Source of the DNA: Geosiphon pyriformis uo1
Lineage: Eukaryota > Fungi > Glomeromycota
DNA: 64,000 bases
Direction: 5' to 3'
Assembly: GCA_016748015.1 (NCBI GenBank)
Contig: JAAOMT010000777.1
Coordinates: 314,347-378,346, forward strand
The notes under the pieces were generated by a model. The model did not search any database and had not been told where the DNA came from. It saw nothing but the letters and a program-made list of their open reading frames with translations. A program made the translations under genes and the position numbers. The number at the start of each line of letters is the position of its first letter. Position 1 is the stretch's first letter. Of the stretch, positions 12,091-25,445 are shown one piece after another.

Positions 12091-12968
12091 TTAGTTTGAT
12101 GCTTTGGTGGGTGCAGTTTTTCCAACTTTGGAAGGTTTCTTCGGTGATGTGGTAGGTGGGACTCCTGGCTTTTCCCCTTTCTTCTTTGGCAACAATTCCA
12201 TATGAATATTTGGAAGAACACCACCTTCAGCGATATGTACATTTCTCAACAAAATGTTAAGTTCCTCATCGTTTCTTATGGCCAATTGTAGATGCCTTGG
12301 AATAATTCTTTGTTTCTTATTATCGCGGGCAGCATTACCAGCAAGTTCGAGCACTTCGGCCGTAAGATATTCGATCACAGCCGCGAGATATACAGGTGCT
12401 CCAGCTCCTACACGGTCAGCATAACGTCCTTTCTTAAGAAGACGTCCCATACGACCCACCGGGAATGTAAGACCTTAATTTCAAAAACACATTTTGCCAC
12501 AATATATTAGTGAACGGGATCCAATATATATATATTATATTTAGGTTGTGAATGAGCGAGCGAGCGGGCGGGCGGATGAATGATTGGACAAATTTAAATC
12601 ACCTGCTTTAACGCTCTTTGATGTTTTGGAAGAAGCAGATACGGCTTTGGCAGCCTTGGTGGCACTTTTTTTACTCTATAAGAGGGAAGAGATGGGAAAG
12701 CATGCTATTAAACGGTTTACTTTTTTTCATTTAATTTTTAATCATACTCAAATAAATTATTGATGCATAATATGATTGAGTAGCTTTTATGATGTTATCA
12801 GTGATAGGCGACTTTTTCACCCGATCGTTTTGAACAGATAAATATGTCTAACTAAATACATACCCGACTTTTAGTTGCTTCCTCACCACTTGGTGTCGGG
12901 TTTGGAGCTGTATTCTCGGCACCGCGAGCGCGAGAACTTCTTTCTGTAGCCTTATCAGTGGTTGACAT
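12091..12968 (-). CDS. Histone H2A variant, ~186 aa, 3 exons (12968-12864, 12675-12603, 12473-12091), with extended N- and C-terminal tails
   Basis: Histone fold [79 protein letters not shown]...GGVLPNIH. Two GT-AG introns join the exons in frame (105+73+383 nt). Confidence 0.93.
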
Positions 12969-13203
12969 TTTATTTGTTTAGTGATGTTTAACTTTGAGAG
13001 TAAAAAGTGGGGAGAAGTTTTTTTAAAAAAAAAAAAAAAAAAAAGCGTGTGTGCAGGTGGGAGCTGGGCTGTTGAGGTTGTGCTTAAGAATTGGACCGAA
13101 TTTGTACTGAATTTGTTATATGATGCGAGTTTCCTAAAGCGGTACAAAATTCTCTTTTTTTGGAGGAATGAATTTGAAACTAACCAATGAAATCCCGTCT
13201 TAA

Positions 13204-13341
13204 ACGCGTCTTATTTTGGTTAAACTGATGAGCATTAGTCGCGTGATCAATAATCAGGTCTTGTTTTTCAAGCGAAGAAACAATACGCGTTCCCCCAAGG
13301 AAATAAATTTTTGTCTAGCAATAATTTTTCCTAGAACGCGT
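13204..13341. promoter_or_regulatory. Cluster of three ACGCGT (MCB/MluI-like) elements upstream of the H2A gene
   Basis: ACGCGT at 13204, 13285 and 13336, a further CGCG near 13240 and CCAAT near 13184, all in otherwise very AT-rich DNA. MCB is the fungal G1/S MBF element. Confidence 0.5.
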
Positions 13342-13741
13342 CTAATAATCGAATGAGGATGAAGATGGGTGGATTTAATAAATTGTTTTCTATTAAGCTA
13401 TGTTGAATGTAAAAAATTTTTCTTTGTATCTGAATTGATATCATAAGAATAATTTATTTATTTTTTATTTAATGAATTTTGCTTCCATATTCAAGAATAA
13501 GTTTAAATATGAGAAATTTTCATTTTTTAACTAGGTCCAAGCTTAATACGAATTTAATATGTTTCGTTTTTTTTTTACAAAAGGCAAGGGGTAATCCAGA
13601 ACATTTTGCTCAATTTTTCAACCAATTAGAAAACTGTTTCATGGTGTTGATTATTTCCCGTTTTTAAAAACAGGCTTTTGAAATTTGTGCTTTTTTTTTA
13701 AAAAAAAGCAAGGGTTCGATTAAATTCTTAATCGATCATAA

Positions 13742-13787
<46 letters not shown>

Positions 13788-13963
13788 TATTATAATTTTT
13801 CAGTTATAATATTACAAAAAAAATAAAAATTTATTATTGAAAATTTTATATTAATTACTTGTAATTTTTTATTTTCAAAGTTTGAAAAAATATTTCATAT
13901 ATTTAATAATTTAATAAAATTTATTTATTGTTTAAATTTTGAAATTATTAATTTTATTATTAA

Positions 13964-14074
<111 letters not shown>

Positions 14075-14289
14075 AACACTTTTAAAAATCAATTTCTTGA
14101 AAAGCTTTCATGGTTTTTATAAAAAAATCAATTTTATAAAATTATTTCAACTGACCAAATGATTTTTATAGAATGAAAACGCAATTACGGAAAAACCCAG
14201 GTGATGAAAAGAAAAAAAAAAGAATTATAAAAAAAAAACAAAACCATTCTGTGCCATTTCTAATCTTGAAAATTTTTGATACGATTTCA

Positions 14290-14339
<50 letters not shown>

Positions 14340-16170
14340 TAATAATAATAATAATAATAAAGATTATTTTTTAATTTATTTAATAAAAATACAAAGAAAT
14401 GTGGTATTTCTTATATATACATCGTTTTTCTTTAATCAATGAATAAATTTGGTTAACAATAAGGAAAACTAAAAACACCGTATAAAACACTGTATAAAAA
14501 TGTTGGTTTTTAGTAGTATTCATAAACAAATACATATGCTTTGAAGCTTTAACTTAAAATAACAATATTTCTAAAAAAAAACACTATTAATACTATTAAT
14601 GATCATCAATCATGTTTTGAAATAAAAAAAAAGTAGTTGAAATTTATTATAAAAAACTCTTTTGTACAATATTTTTTTTTCCAATTGTTAAATTTTTTGA
14701 GAATTATACATGTTATCTTATATATATTAAGTACACATATACACATTAAAATTATGGATTATATTTTAAATAATAAAAAATTATTATTTATATTTTATTA
14801 TGTTTTCTTACAAAAAATTACGTTTAAATATTTTTTATGAAATTTTATTCAATTTTACAAATGGTTTTTTGTTAATTTTGGCAATTTTTTTTTATATCCT
14901 TTAATTTTAGTTTTGACTCCTTTTTTTCTGATTTTTAAAAACTTTTAATTAAATTTGTTTCATTTTTTTTAATTAATTAATTAATAAATTAATTATAATT
15001 TTTATAATTATAAATTTTGAATTAAAATTTTATTATAAAATATATTGAAATTATTTTAAATATATTATTATTATTATTATTTAAGACTTTGAAATTATTA
15101 AATCTTTTGTTTTTAATAATAATATATTTATAACAATATATATATACATATATCAATTTAAAGATAATATTTTAAAAAATAATTTTTAACACATTTTATT
15201 TTAATAATTTTTTTTAAAATAAAATATTAATAAATATTTATATTTATATTTATATTTTAATAAATAATAAATAATATCAATATATTAATAATAATAAATA
15301 CAAAGAATAAATAAATTTTAAATTTTTATTTGAATATTTTTTATTTGTATAAAATTCTATTTTTGATTTATTCTCAATTTTTATATTTTCGGAATTATTT
15401 AATTAACGATATTTTATTAATATGATAATTATTTATTTATTTATTGATTGATTTATTGATTTATTGTTTATTATTTTGTTTTTGTTTTTGTTTTTGTTAT
15501 TGATTGTATGATTATAATTATAAATTACGTAATAATTATTTTATTATATTATAAAATTAATTAATCTATTTATTTTATTGTTAATAAATTTATAACTATT
15601 AATAAAAATAAAAATAAAAATAAAAAAAATGCAAGAAAAAATTTTCACCAAATTTTAATTAAATTAAAAAAAAAACTTAAATCTTTAATTCAATTTTATA
15701 TAAAATTTAAATTTCTTAGAAAAAATATTTTAAATATTAAATATTGATTTATTATATAATAATTTGTATTTCATTAATATTTTATTATGATAATATATAT
15801 ATATATATATATGTATGTATTTTGGTTTAATTGTAAAAAAAAATTATATTAATATTTAATTATTGTATAAAATACTTTTAATTAACAATAAAATTTAATT
15901 TAATTTTTACCCATTATTTTATATATATATATATTAAAAAAAATAATTAAAACAATAACTTTTTTAATATTTTATATTAATTTATCATATTATTAAAACT
16001 GAGTTTTATGATTTAAAATTAATTGACAATTTTTTTGGATATGATTAACTAATTTTTTTCCCTTATATATTATTTAAAAAGCCCATTATAAAATTATTTC
16101 TCTTTATAAAATTTTTTTTTTACTTTTATAAAATAAATTTAATTAATGTTTCATTTTAAAAAGTAAATAT

Positions 16171-16209
<39 letters not shown>

Positions 16210-17355
16210 CTCAAATTATAATAATCTAAAAGATTTTCCATTCATTATTGTAGAATAAATTTATTTTTATTTTGAGATTCCGAGTTTCAAAAAAATTAGC
16301 CATATTTTTATTCATATTTTATTAATCCTTAATTTTTTTTCTTAATTTAATTTCAATTACTCTGAAACATTACCAAAATTATGGAATTTTTTGAAGTTAG
16401 CCGTTTCTAAAAAAATAAATTTAATGAACTATATTAATCAAACTAAATAATTTTATGAATTTGAAGAAATTCTATTTTTAGTATTCAAATCTAAAAAATA
16501 AAATCAAAAATAATTTTTAAGGGGTCTGTATTTAATGAAGCATTCCCTTCGATATATTTCATCCTTAAAAAACCTATCAGAAAAACAGTGAGAATAATTT
16601 AGAATTAATAGCGACCTTTTAAGTTTGATTTTCAATCAAGAGTTTTAGCCTCCACCTGATAAATATTAAGCTGTATGTTTTAGAAAGCAGTTTTTATTAA
16701 TAATCGATCGGTAGCACAATCAAATTTCTTTAGATGCCTATTAAAAGCAGGAAATTTCATCCAACATTAAAACTTAGACTTGAATAATTTTAAAATGGTT
16801 ATTGACTAGATTTATTAAAATCAAGAATTGGAAGGAAAACTTATCGAGATATAAGTCTTTAAATTTAATTTCGAATTAATAATTTTGACAAAATATTCAA
16901 AATCTACTAGCCTAATTCCCCATATTAAAAACTGGTATTGAGATATATTTAGTAAAGATATGAATTTTAAGTTAAGATATTTATCTTATTATTCATAATC
17001 AAGATTATAAAAAATAATACCAAAGTTCCGTACTGGATTAAAAAAGTTTCTTATATTTATTGATTTTTTTTAGCATTTAATTAAATCTCAGCTTTAAAAA
17101 TAATAGCTTGATGCGCATAAGTTAGATCAAGAAAACATTTAAAATTTATATAATAGCATGAAGGAAGTAAATCGTCTGCTAAAGATGATTTAAAAAAGTC
17201 TCTACATTAACAAAGAATTCAAAGCGCATAAGCAAAAAGGTGAATATTAAAAATGATAGCATTATCTAAAAAAACCTATTTATGAGCAAGCAAAGCGTTT
17301 CACCAGAAGAAGCTTCACAAGTCTAAAAATATATTCATTAAAAAGTTTTTCAAAA

Positions 17356-18315
17356 ATGATGAACATTGAAGCCAAGCTTATTAAACTTTTGTTCACTCTC
17401 ATTGCTCTTTCATCCCCTATCATCCAAAACTTTTACGCATCTGCAGCTCCTATTCAAACGCGTAATTTCGTGCCAGGTTTCAAGCCGGTAATTTTCCTTA
17501 ATACCGCTCAAGAAACTATTGCATCCAATGAAGCAGCCAACACAAATCAATTAGAAATTGAAGCAGCTAATGCAGCTCAAACTGCAAATACCTATGATAA
17601 TGAGGCTGCATCAACTTTACTTGTTAACAAACGCAATTTTCTGACAGGATATAAACCAGTCATCCTTCTAAATTCTGCACAAGAGACCATTGCGTCCAAT
17701 GAAGCAGCCAACACAAATCAATTAGAAATTGAAGCGGCAAATGCAGCTCAAACGGCGAATACATATGATAATGAGGCAGCATCGACTTTACTTGTTAACA
17801 AACGCAATTTTCTGACAGGATATAAACCAGTCATCCTTCTAAATTCTGCTCAAGAAACAATTGCATCTAATGAAGCCGCCAACACAAATCAATTAGAAAT
17901 TGAAGCGGCAAATGCAGCTCAAACGGCGAATACTTATGATAATGAAGCTGCTGCAACTTTCTTACTTAACAAACGCAATTTCCTAACAGGATATAAGCCA
18001 GTCATTCTTTTCAATACTGCTCAAGAAACAATTGCATCCAATGAAGCCGCCAACACAAATCAATTAGAAATTGAAGCGGCAAATGCAGCTCAAACGGCGA
18101 ATACTTATGATAATGAAGCTGCTGCAACTTTCTTACTTAACAAACGCAATTTCCTAACAGGATATAAGCCAGTCATTCTTCTTAATAATGCCCATGAAAC
18201 CATTGCGTCCAATGAAGCAGCCAACACGAATCAATTAGAAATCGTGGCGGCCAATGCAGCTCAAACGGCAAATACCTATGATAATGAGGCTGCTGCTACT
18301 TTTCTTTTTAATTGA
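17356..18315 (+). CDS. Secreted Kex2-processed repeat protein (KEP-like precursor), signal peptide + 5 x 57-aa repeats
   Basis: Hydrophobic N-terminus (LIKLLFTLIALSS), then repeats of NFLTGYKPVILLNSAQETIASNEAANTNQLEIEAANAAQTANTYDNEAASTLLVN separated by KR. Intronless, with many synonymous differences between units. Confidence 0.88.
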   Translation: MMNIEAKLIKLLFTLIALSSPIIQNFYASAAPIQTRNFVPGFKPVIFLNTAQETIASNEAANTNQLEIEAANAAQTANTYDNEAASTLLVNKRNFLTGYKPVILLNSAQETIASNEAANTNQLEIEAANAAQTANTYDNEAASTLLVNKRNFLTGYKPVILLNSAQETIASNEAANTNQLEIEAANAAQTANTYDNEAAATFLLNKRNFLTGYKPVILFNTAQETIASNEAANTNQLEIEAANAAQTANTYDNEAAATFLLNKRNFLTGYKPVILLNNAHETIASNEAANTNQLEIVAANAAQTANTYDNEAAATFLFN

Positions 18316-20558
18316 TTAGTCGTTTAACTTTCTATTAATTTAGGCTAGAAACTAAAAAATTAGTTATAATGTATATTATTATATTTTAAAAACAAGAATT
18401 CTAAAAATAATTAAAATCGAGTTTCTTTATAATTATTAAAGAAATTCATCAACTAAGTAAAGGCATAAGGGTTTTCCTTAATGCTAAAATTTTCAACATG
18501 AAATAATTAGAATCACAAGCTTTATTATCTAAAAAAAAAAGTTTGGAATTGAGAATATATCTTTTTCTTTAAGCTCGCTGAAAATTATTTGGGGCATAAT
18601 GTGATAATTTCATATCAAGCCGTGTTTGAGAGAAAACATTTGTGGATAGGCAATGAATTTAATTCGGAAAGTGATAGGCTCTGATGGGCCTTTACCGATC
18701 TCTCTTTTTAATAAAGCTTCCATGACTACATCCGAGCGAGATGTATTTTGTATAAATGCTTTAATTTCATTATCCAAATAGTACAAAAAAACTTTAAATT
18801 TTATTAAATTTCGGACAATCCAACATTGAGATTGTTCTTTAATTAATATATCTATTTTGAGAAGCCATTGAATTTTGTAAAATACGTTAGATCAAGCCAA
18901 AGAAGCGCTATATGTATACTTAACCAATTTTTTATTATCAGTTTTAAAATTTATACTTTTTACAAAAGGTATGAAAATACTGTACAAATTTACAATTAAA
19001 TTTTGCTCATGTTTTGATCAATTTTGCCCATATTCTTACACTAGCTGTTTTCAAAGTTTTATTTAAAGAAGACATATTTTTGATATGATTTAAAAACCAG
19101 CCTAATTATTTAAAACAAGCAATAATTAATTAAAATTAGTTGGAGTTAATAAAATTTATTAATATATTTAGTTTTAATTGAGTAATATCAAATAAGCAAC
19201 TAGAAAAGTTTTATTATTCACATTCAATTCTGTTTTATAAATTTATAGTTTTACAATATAAAGAAGTTGGTCAATACTAATCAATTAGCAAAAATTTTAA
19301 TCAATAAAAATAAGTCATGTATTTTAATTTTGGTATATTAACTTAAAACTAAATTAAATTAAATTAAATTAATTTTTATAATTAAGAATAAATATAATTG
19401 TTCTAAATTTCTTTTAATCATTTATTTTTAAGAACTAATCAAGAAAAATTAAAGCCAATTTGGTTAACAGTTAAATAAAACTTGAATAAAAAATCAGAAT
19501 TTATAGAAATTAAATATTTTAGTTATTTAAAAACAACTTTGATTAATAACTAATCAGATAATTTTAAATAAATTAAAAACCAGAATATAAAACTTAAGAT
19601 TTATAATAAATTATTTATTATAAAAAATTTTTAATATAAAAAAATTAACTTAAACAAAATAATATTTATTTCAATTTTTATATTTATTATATTAATTTTT
19701 TTATTATTTTTCATTTGTATTTTTTATAAAATATATCAAATAATAAGCACAATTAAAAAAATATTTACTTAATAAAAATTTTATTAAATTTAAATTTATA
19801 TTTTTTTATAAATTTTTGTACAAAAAAACTTAATACATATACAAATCAAATTATTAATCATAATTGTTCATATTTTTTTTGGTATATTGAATAAAAAATT
19901 TATTTTAATATAAATTATTATGGTTTTTTATTTATTTAATATGTTTATTAATAACTTTATATATTCTTTACGTTTTTTAAAATGTTTATTAAAACCATTT
20001 TGCATTATATATATTTTTACATTATATACATTAAGAAACCAAATTTTTACATTATGAGAATTGATTGCCAACTTTTTTTCTAATATATATAATAATATTT
20101 TATAATTGCAGTTTCAAAAAATATTTACCATTCAACAAAATAATGAAAAAAATATTCTCATTTTTTAGATTAAAATCAGACAAACTAAACTTGCTTAATA
20201 CTTTTTAATGATAAGTCAAACTTTTATTGAAAATTTATCAACTATAAAATTGGCCATTTGTAAGAATAATTAACTCCGAAAGATTACCTCAAAACTAACT
20301 TTTTAAGAAAAAGATATATTCTCAATTCCAAACTTTTTTTTTTAGATAATAAAGCTTGTGATTCTAATTATTTCATGTTGAAAATTTTAGCATTAAGGAA
20401 AACCCTTATGCCTTTACTTAGTTGATGAATTTCTTTAATAATTATAAAGAAACTCGATTTTAATTATTTTTAGAATTCTTGTTTTTAAAATATAATAATA
20501 TACATTATAACTAATTTTTTAGTTTCTAGCCTAAATTAATAGAAAGTTAAACGACTAA

Positions 20559-21347
20559 TCAATTAAAAAGAAAAGTAGCAGCAGCCTCATTATCATAGGT
20601 ATTTGCCGTTTGAGCTGCATTGGCCGCCACGATTTCTAATTGATTCGTGTTGGCTGCTTCATTGGACGCAATGGTTTCATGGGCATTATTAAGAAGAATG
20701 ACTGGCTTATATCCTGTTAGGAAATTGCGTTTGTTAAGTAAGAAAGTTGCAGCAGCTTCATTATCATAAGTATTCGCCGTTTGAGCTGCATTTGCCGCTT
20801 CAATTTCTAATTGATTTGTGTTGGCGGCTTCATTAGATGCAATTGTTTCTTGAGCAGAATTTAGAAGGATGACTGGTTTATATCCTGTCAGAAAATTGCG
20901 TTTGTTAACAAGTAAAGTCGATGCTGCCTCATTATCATATGTATTCGCCGTTTGAGCTGCATTTGCCGCTTCAATTTCTAATTGATTTGTGTTGGCTGCT
21001 TCATTGGACGCAATGGTCTCTTGTGCAGAATTTAGAAGGATGACTGGTTTATATCCTGTCAGAAAATTGCGTTTGTTAACAAGTAAAGTTGATGCAGCCT
21101 CATTATCATAGGTATTTGCAGTTTGAGCTGCATTAGCTGCTTCAATTTCTAATTGATTTGTGTTGGCTGCTTCATTGGATGCAATAGTTTCTTGAGCGGT
21201 ATTAAGGAAAATTACCGGCTTGAAACCTGGCACGAAATTACGCGTTTGAATAGGAGCTGCAGATGCGTAAAAGTTTTGGATGATAGGGGATGAAAGAGCA
21301 ATGAGAGTGAACAAAAGTTTAATAAGCTTGGCTTCAATGTTCATCAT
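20559..21347 (-). CDS. Second copy of the KEP-like precursor, 4 repeats
   Basis: Inverted, near-identical copy of 17356-18315 lacking one repeat unit. Confidence 0.85.
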   Translation of the reverse strand: MMNIEAKLIKLLFTLIALSSPIIQNFYASAAPIQTRNFVPGFKPVIFLNTAQETIASNEAANTNQLEIEAANAAQTANTYDNEAASTLLVNKRNFLTGYKPVILLNSAQETIASNEAANTNQLEIEAANAAQTANTYDNEAASTLLVNKRNFLTGYKPVILLNSAQETIASNEAANTNQLEIEAANAAQTANTYDNEAAATFLLNKRNFLTGYKPVILLNNAHETIASNEAANTNQLEIVAANAAQTANTYDNEAAATFLFN

Positions 21348-22974
21348 TTTTGAAAAACTTTTTAATGAATATATTTTTAGACTTGTGAAGCTTCTTCTGG
21401 TGAAACGCTTTGCTTGCTCATAAATAGGTTTTTTTAGATAATGCTATCATTTTTAATATTCACCTTTTTGCTTATGCGCTTTGAATTCTTTGTTAATGTA
21501 GAGACTTTTTTAAATCATCTTTAGCAGACGATTTACTTCCTTCATGCTATTATATAAATTTTAAATGTTTTCTTGATCTAACTTATGCGCATCAAGCTAT
21601 TATTTTTAAAGCTGAGATTTAATTAAATGCTAAAAAAAATCAATAAATATAAGAAACTTTTTTAATCCAGTACGGAACTTTGGTATTATTTTTTATAATC
21701 TTGATTATGAATAATAAGATAAATATCTTAACTTAAAATTCATATCTTTACTAAATATATCTCAATACCAGTTTTTAATATGGGGAATTAGGCTAGTAGA
21801 TTTTGAATATTTTGTCAAAATTATTAATTCGAAATTAAATTTAAAGACTTATATCTCGATAAGTTTTCCTTCCAATTCTTGATTTTAATAAAGTTAACCA
21901 ATTAATGTTTTTCACCAGGATTTGGATGAATCAACATACTAAACGTAGCAAAATCTAAATGATTTTAACATTGGAATAGCTGCTTGTTTCATTATCTTAA
22001 TTTGGTTACTTTTTAACATCATAACATAATTTTATCTTTTAATTAATAAGATTAATAACATAAATGGTTTGTTTATTATTTTTATTTAACAATAATCATT
22101 AAATCCAACTTCATTTATCACTCAAATTTCTTTGTTAATTAGCATTAATCAAATGTATTAACTAAATTCATAAAAAAAAGGGCTTGGCTTAAATCAGGAA
22201 ATAATTAATTAACCGAATCGGGTAACAGAAAGCGCATATCGTTACCTTTTTTGAGTGCTTCACAAAAGTTAAAAAATTAGTCGTACAAAAACCGGTTTTT
22301 GATTAAAATCTTTCACTATTATCTATCGCTTGTCAAGGAACAAGATTCAATTCATATATGAAATGGTTCACTTCTAATGAATAAAAAATTTTGATCGAAG
22401 CTTGGCTCGAATGAGATGATTATCGAAAAATATATCCTAAATTCGAGTTTAGCCTTTAAAAGCCCTCACCTTTTGTAATCATAATAAACCCTGAAGGTTA
22501 GAATGGCTTAAAAAAGTTCGAGGTGATTGGTGGGGATTTCTGTTCGCATTGACAATTTTGTATATCAGGCATGCATTAAATCCTCGTGGATATTTGATGC
22601 ATAATAGCGTCATGCTGAAAGCCGATCAATAATAGGAATTTATTACTCGGCCGCGTGGCTGGCTAACTATCGACAAAACACACACACTTTTTTTTTGCGT
22701 TTCAAAAGTTTTGTTGAACACCCCCCCCCCCAACTTCTTTGCGATATTCCTGTTTGTGCTATTGCGAGTATCTGGTATATTTTCCAAGGTCTTGAGCACG
22801 AGATCAATAGCAAACCTTCTTTACCCAAAAACTTTCTTCTTATTACGGTATAACAGCCCACTTTTTTGAAAAAAGACGGGAACTTTTCATTCCTTTTCAT
22901 TCTGTATAATAGAAGATAATTTTAAAGAAGCAACTTATTTTAAAAGCTTCAGTACAAAGCCTTTACCTTTAAGT

Positions 22975-24568
22975 ATGTCGCGACAACAAGAATATTCGGA
23001 ACATCCACAGAAGCAAGTACCTTCAGAGAGTCGACTGCAACAGCAGGAATATCAACAACAGGAAGAGGAATGTTCAGATAATCAACAACAGGAAGAGGAA
23101 TATTCCCACTATCCCCAACAACAGGAACATCCATATTATCCTCAACAACAAGAACATTCATATTATCCTCAACAACAAGAACATTCATATTATCCCCAAC
23201 AAGAAAATTCATATTATCTCCAACAACCAGAAAATTCATACTATACTTCACAACATGCACAATACCCACCCAATAATCAATACTCACAGCAACCCTATAC
23301 TCAGCCTCTACAAAGAGAATATAACGCCTCATCCCAAACGCAACCACTACCACCCCATTACGAGAGCGGAAGAAATACACCTATTAATGACCCCTATCTA
23401 CCACATTCTAATAGTAATAGTGAAGGTTATGGCTATTATCAGACTCCACCACCTGAACAGAGCCCTGAATACTCCCGACAGCCTGATCGTAATGGTAGTG
23501 ATAAAGGGGGTGATGATGATTTTGCGGATAAGTTGGGAAAAGAATCAATTCCTGAAGATGATGGATGGGAATATCGGCCACCTCATCATGGTCATATTAT
23601 TACCAGAGGAGAGATGATCAGTCGAATAGTACCATATTATGAAGTAAGTGATAAAAGATTTTGAATTTTGATGGAACATTAAATGTATTCGAGAAATCGA
23701 TCATGTAGAAATATTTAATTTATGAAATTTGAAATTTCACTTCTTTAGATGTTTGCTATTAACGTGTTTTTCTTGGGTTACAAAGTTCTTGATAACGCTC
23801 AGCGAGCCGTTGGAGGCAGTACTTATCGAATAGTATTATATGAAGCATGCACAGATCGTTGGAAAATTGAGGATTTCGATTTCTGTGCAGCATCTCGTTT
23901 AGTAAAGGGTTTGATCGGAGGTGCTATAATTTACTTTATAGTTACTGCACTATTTGCTATCGCAATAGCTATGGAGTTAAAAAGGAAAGGCTACCATGCG
24001 ACTTTTACAGCTCTATGGAATTCTCCATTTTTCTTGGTCTGTTTCTTCTTTCCGGACGTAAAACGTGTTGATATAATGAGCATACCCAATAAATATGTTA
24101 AATTAACCCTATGGACACGAGCACATATACAACGAATCTCAATGGCGGTCTATTGCTTTGTATGTGCGACCTTGGTACTCAATTCTTTGACCAACAAGTA
24201 AGATACATGAGATTAGATTAAAATTTTCTTTGGGATCGATTTATTAAATTCTTTCTCTTTTATTATAGAACAGCCGAATCTGCTAAAATCAGAGGAGAGA
24301 ATTTGAATGATGGAATAAAAAAATGTAAATATCTTGACCAAAATTTTATCTTGATTTCTAATATAAATTTTTTTTTAATCTTTCATCTATTTAATTTGGT
24401 ACAGACTACAATCCTTACTTGATCCCATATTACGTTGCCCTTTACATTTTCTTTAAAACACTATTGACGATGTTAATTGAGATCTTTCAAGACAAACATA
24501 TTCGAAACCAACCCGAATTAATTGGACGATCTTACGAGTCCATTAAGTTAAACGGAAAGAAAGAATAA
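22975..24568 (+). CDS. Hypothetical membrane protein with a Q/Y/P/E-rich repeat N-terminus and 3-4 predicted TM segments; exons ~22975-23643, 23749-24197, 24269-24324, 24405-24568
   Basis: 9-aa repeats QQQEHSYYP. GT-AG introns keep the frame. Hydrophobic segments LIGGAIIYFIVTALFAIAIAM, ISMAVYCFVCATLVL and PYYVALYIFFKTLLTMLI. Confidence 0.75.
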
Positions 24569-24972
24569 AATCAGGTTCACGTTCAAATGGACAATGATAT
24601 ATGTCATCACCTCTTTTAGCCGAATTATATCATTATCATAAACTTGTAATATTTGTACGAAATTAGATTTTCATAGATGATAATTATTTATTTCTGGACT
24701 TATAATAAATTTAACATTAAGTGCATTCTTTTTATGGCTGGCGATCTTCTAAATGTTTTCAATCTCTGAAACAACAATGGCAAAAATGTTCTATTGGAAG
24801 TGGTACAAATATTGATTGCAGTTGTACAGCTTGGAAAGAAATAATTATGCAACTACGAAACAGTGTTAAAACTGTACGACATTATGACCTAAAAAGTTCA
24901 GATTAGTAAACACGATTTCAAGACATCTTTTTTTTTTTTCGGGCAAGGGATTATTGAAAATGATAGAAAGAA

Positions 24973-25050
24973 NNNNNNNNNNNNNNNNNNNNNNNNNNNN
25001 NNNNNNNNNNNNNNNNNNNNNNNNNNNNNNNNNNNNNNNNNNNNNNNNNN
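24973..25050. other. Assembly gap (N run); further gaps at ~56611-56911, 57800-57819, 59709-59728 and 60778-60935
   Basis: N runs in the sequence. Confidence 0.99.
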
Positions 25051-25367
25051 CCCCCCCCAATTTTCTTAATTGTTATCTTCAGAGAGATATTGAATGATAA
25101 AAAATAAAATTGAAATTGAAAAAGGTAAAGAATTTTTAGAAATAATCTCGATATATATTTTTTTTTTACCGTACACACCAAAAAACTTTTTTCCTTTTAG
25201 GAATTATTATTATCATCATTATTATAATTATAATTATAATTATTATTATTATTATAAATTTTTTTTAAATTTCCTTTTTTTCAAAGAAAAATAATAATCT
25301 TATTAGGACAAACGTAGAATTTGATTTTCTTTTCTCGGTATACGCAAAGAATTTGATACGAAAAGAA

Positions 25368-25445
<78 letters not shown>

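Larger units (their letters stand above)
16811..21892. repeat. Large inverted duplication: arms 16811-18569 and 20305-21892, spacer ~1.73 kb
   Basis: The arms are reverse complements across promoter, CDS and 3' flank. Their length difference (1759 vs 1588 bp) equals one 171-bp coding repeat unit. Confidence 0.9.

Noticed and set aside
12091-12968. macroH2A or H2A.Z assignment
   Set aside because: The stop codon follows the short basic tail with no macro domain, and the core lacks H2A.Z signatures.
17356-21347. Dikaritin-type RiPP biosynthetic cluster, or a CRISPR-like array
   Set aside because: No DUF3328/UstYa oxidase, tailoring enzyme or transporter in the window; the repeats are contiguous coding units without unique spacers.
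22949-23617. Antisense and alternative-frame ORFs with VVEDNMNVL repeats (likewise 26210-26592 and 28321-28803)
   Set aside because: Shadow frames of tandem coding repeats.
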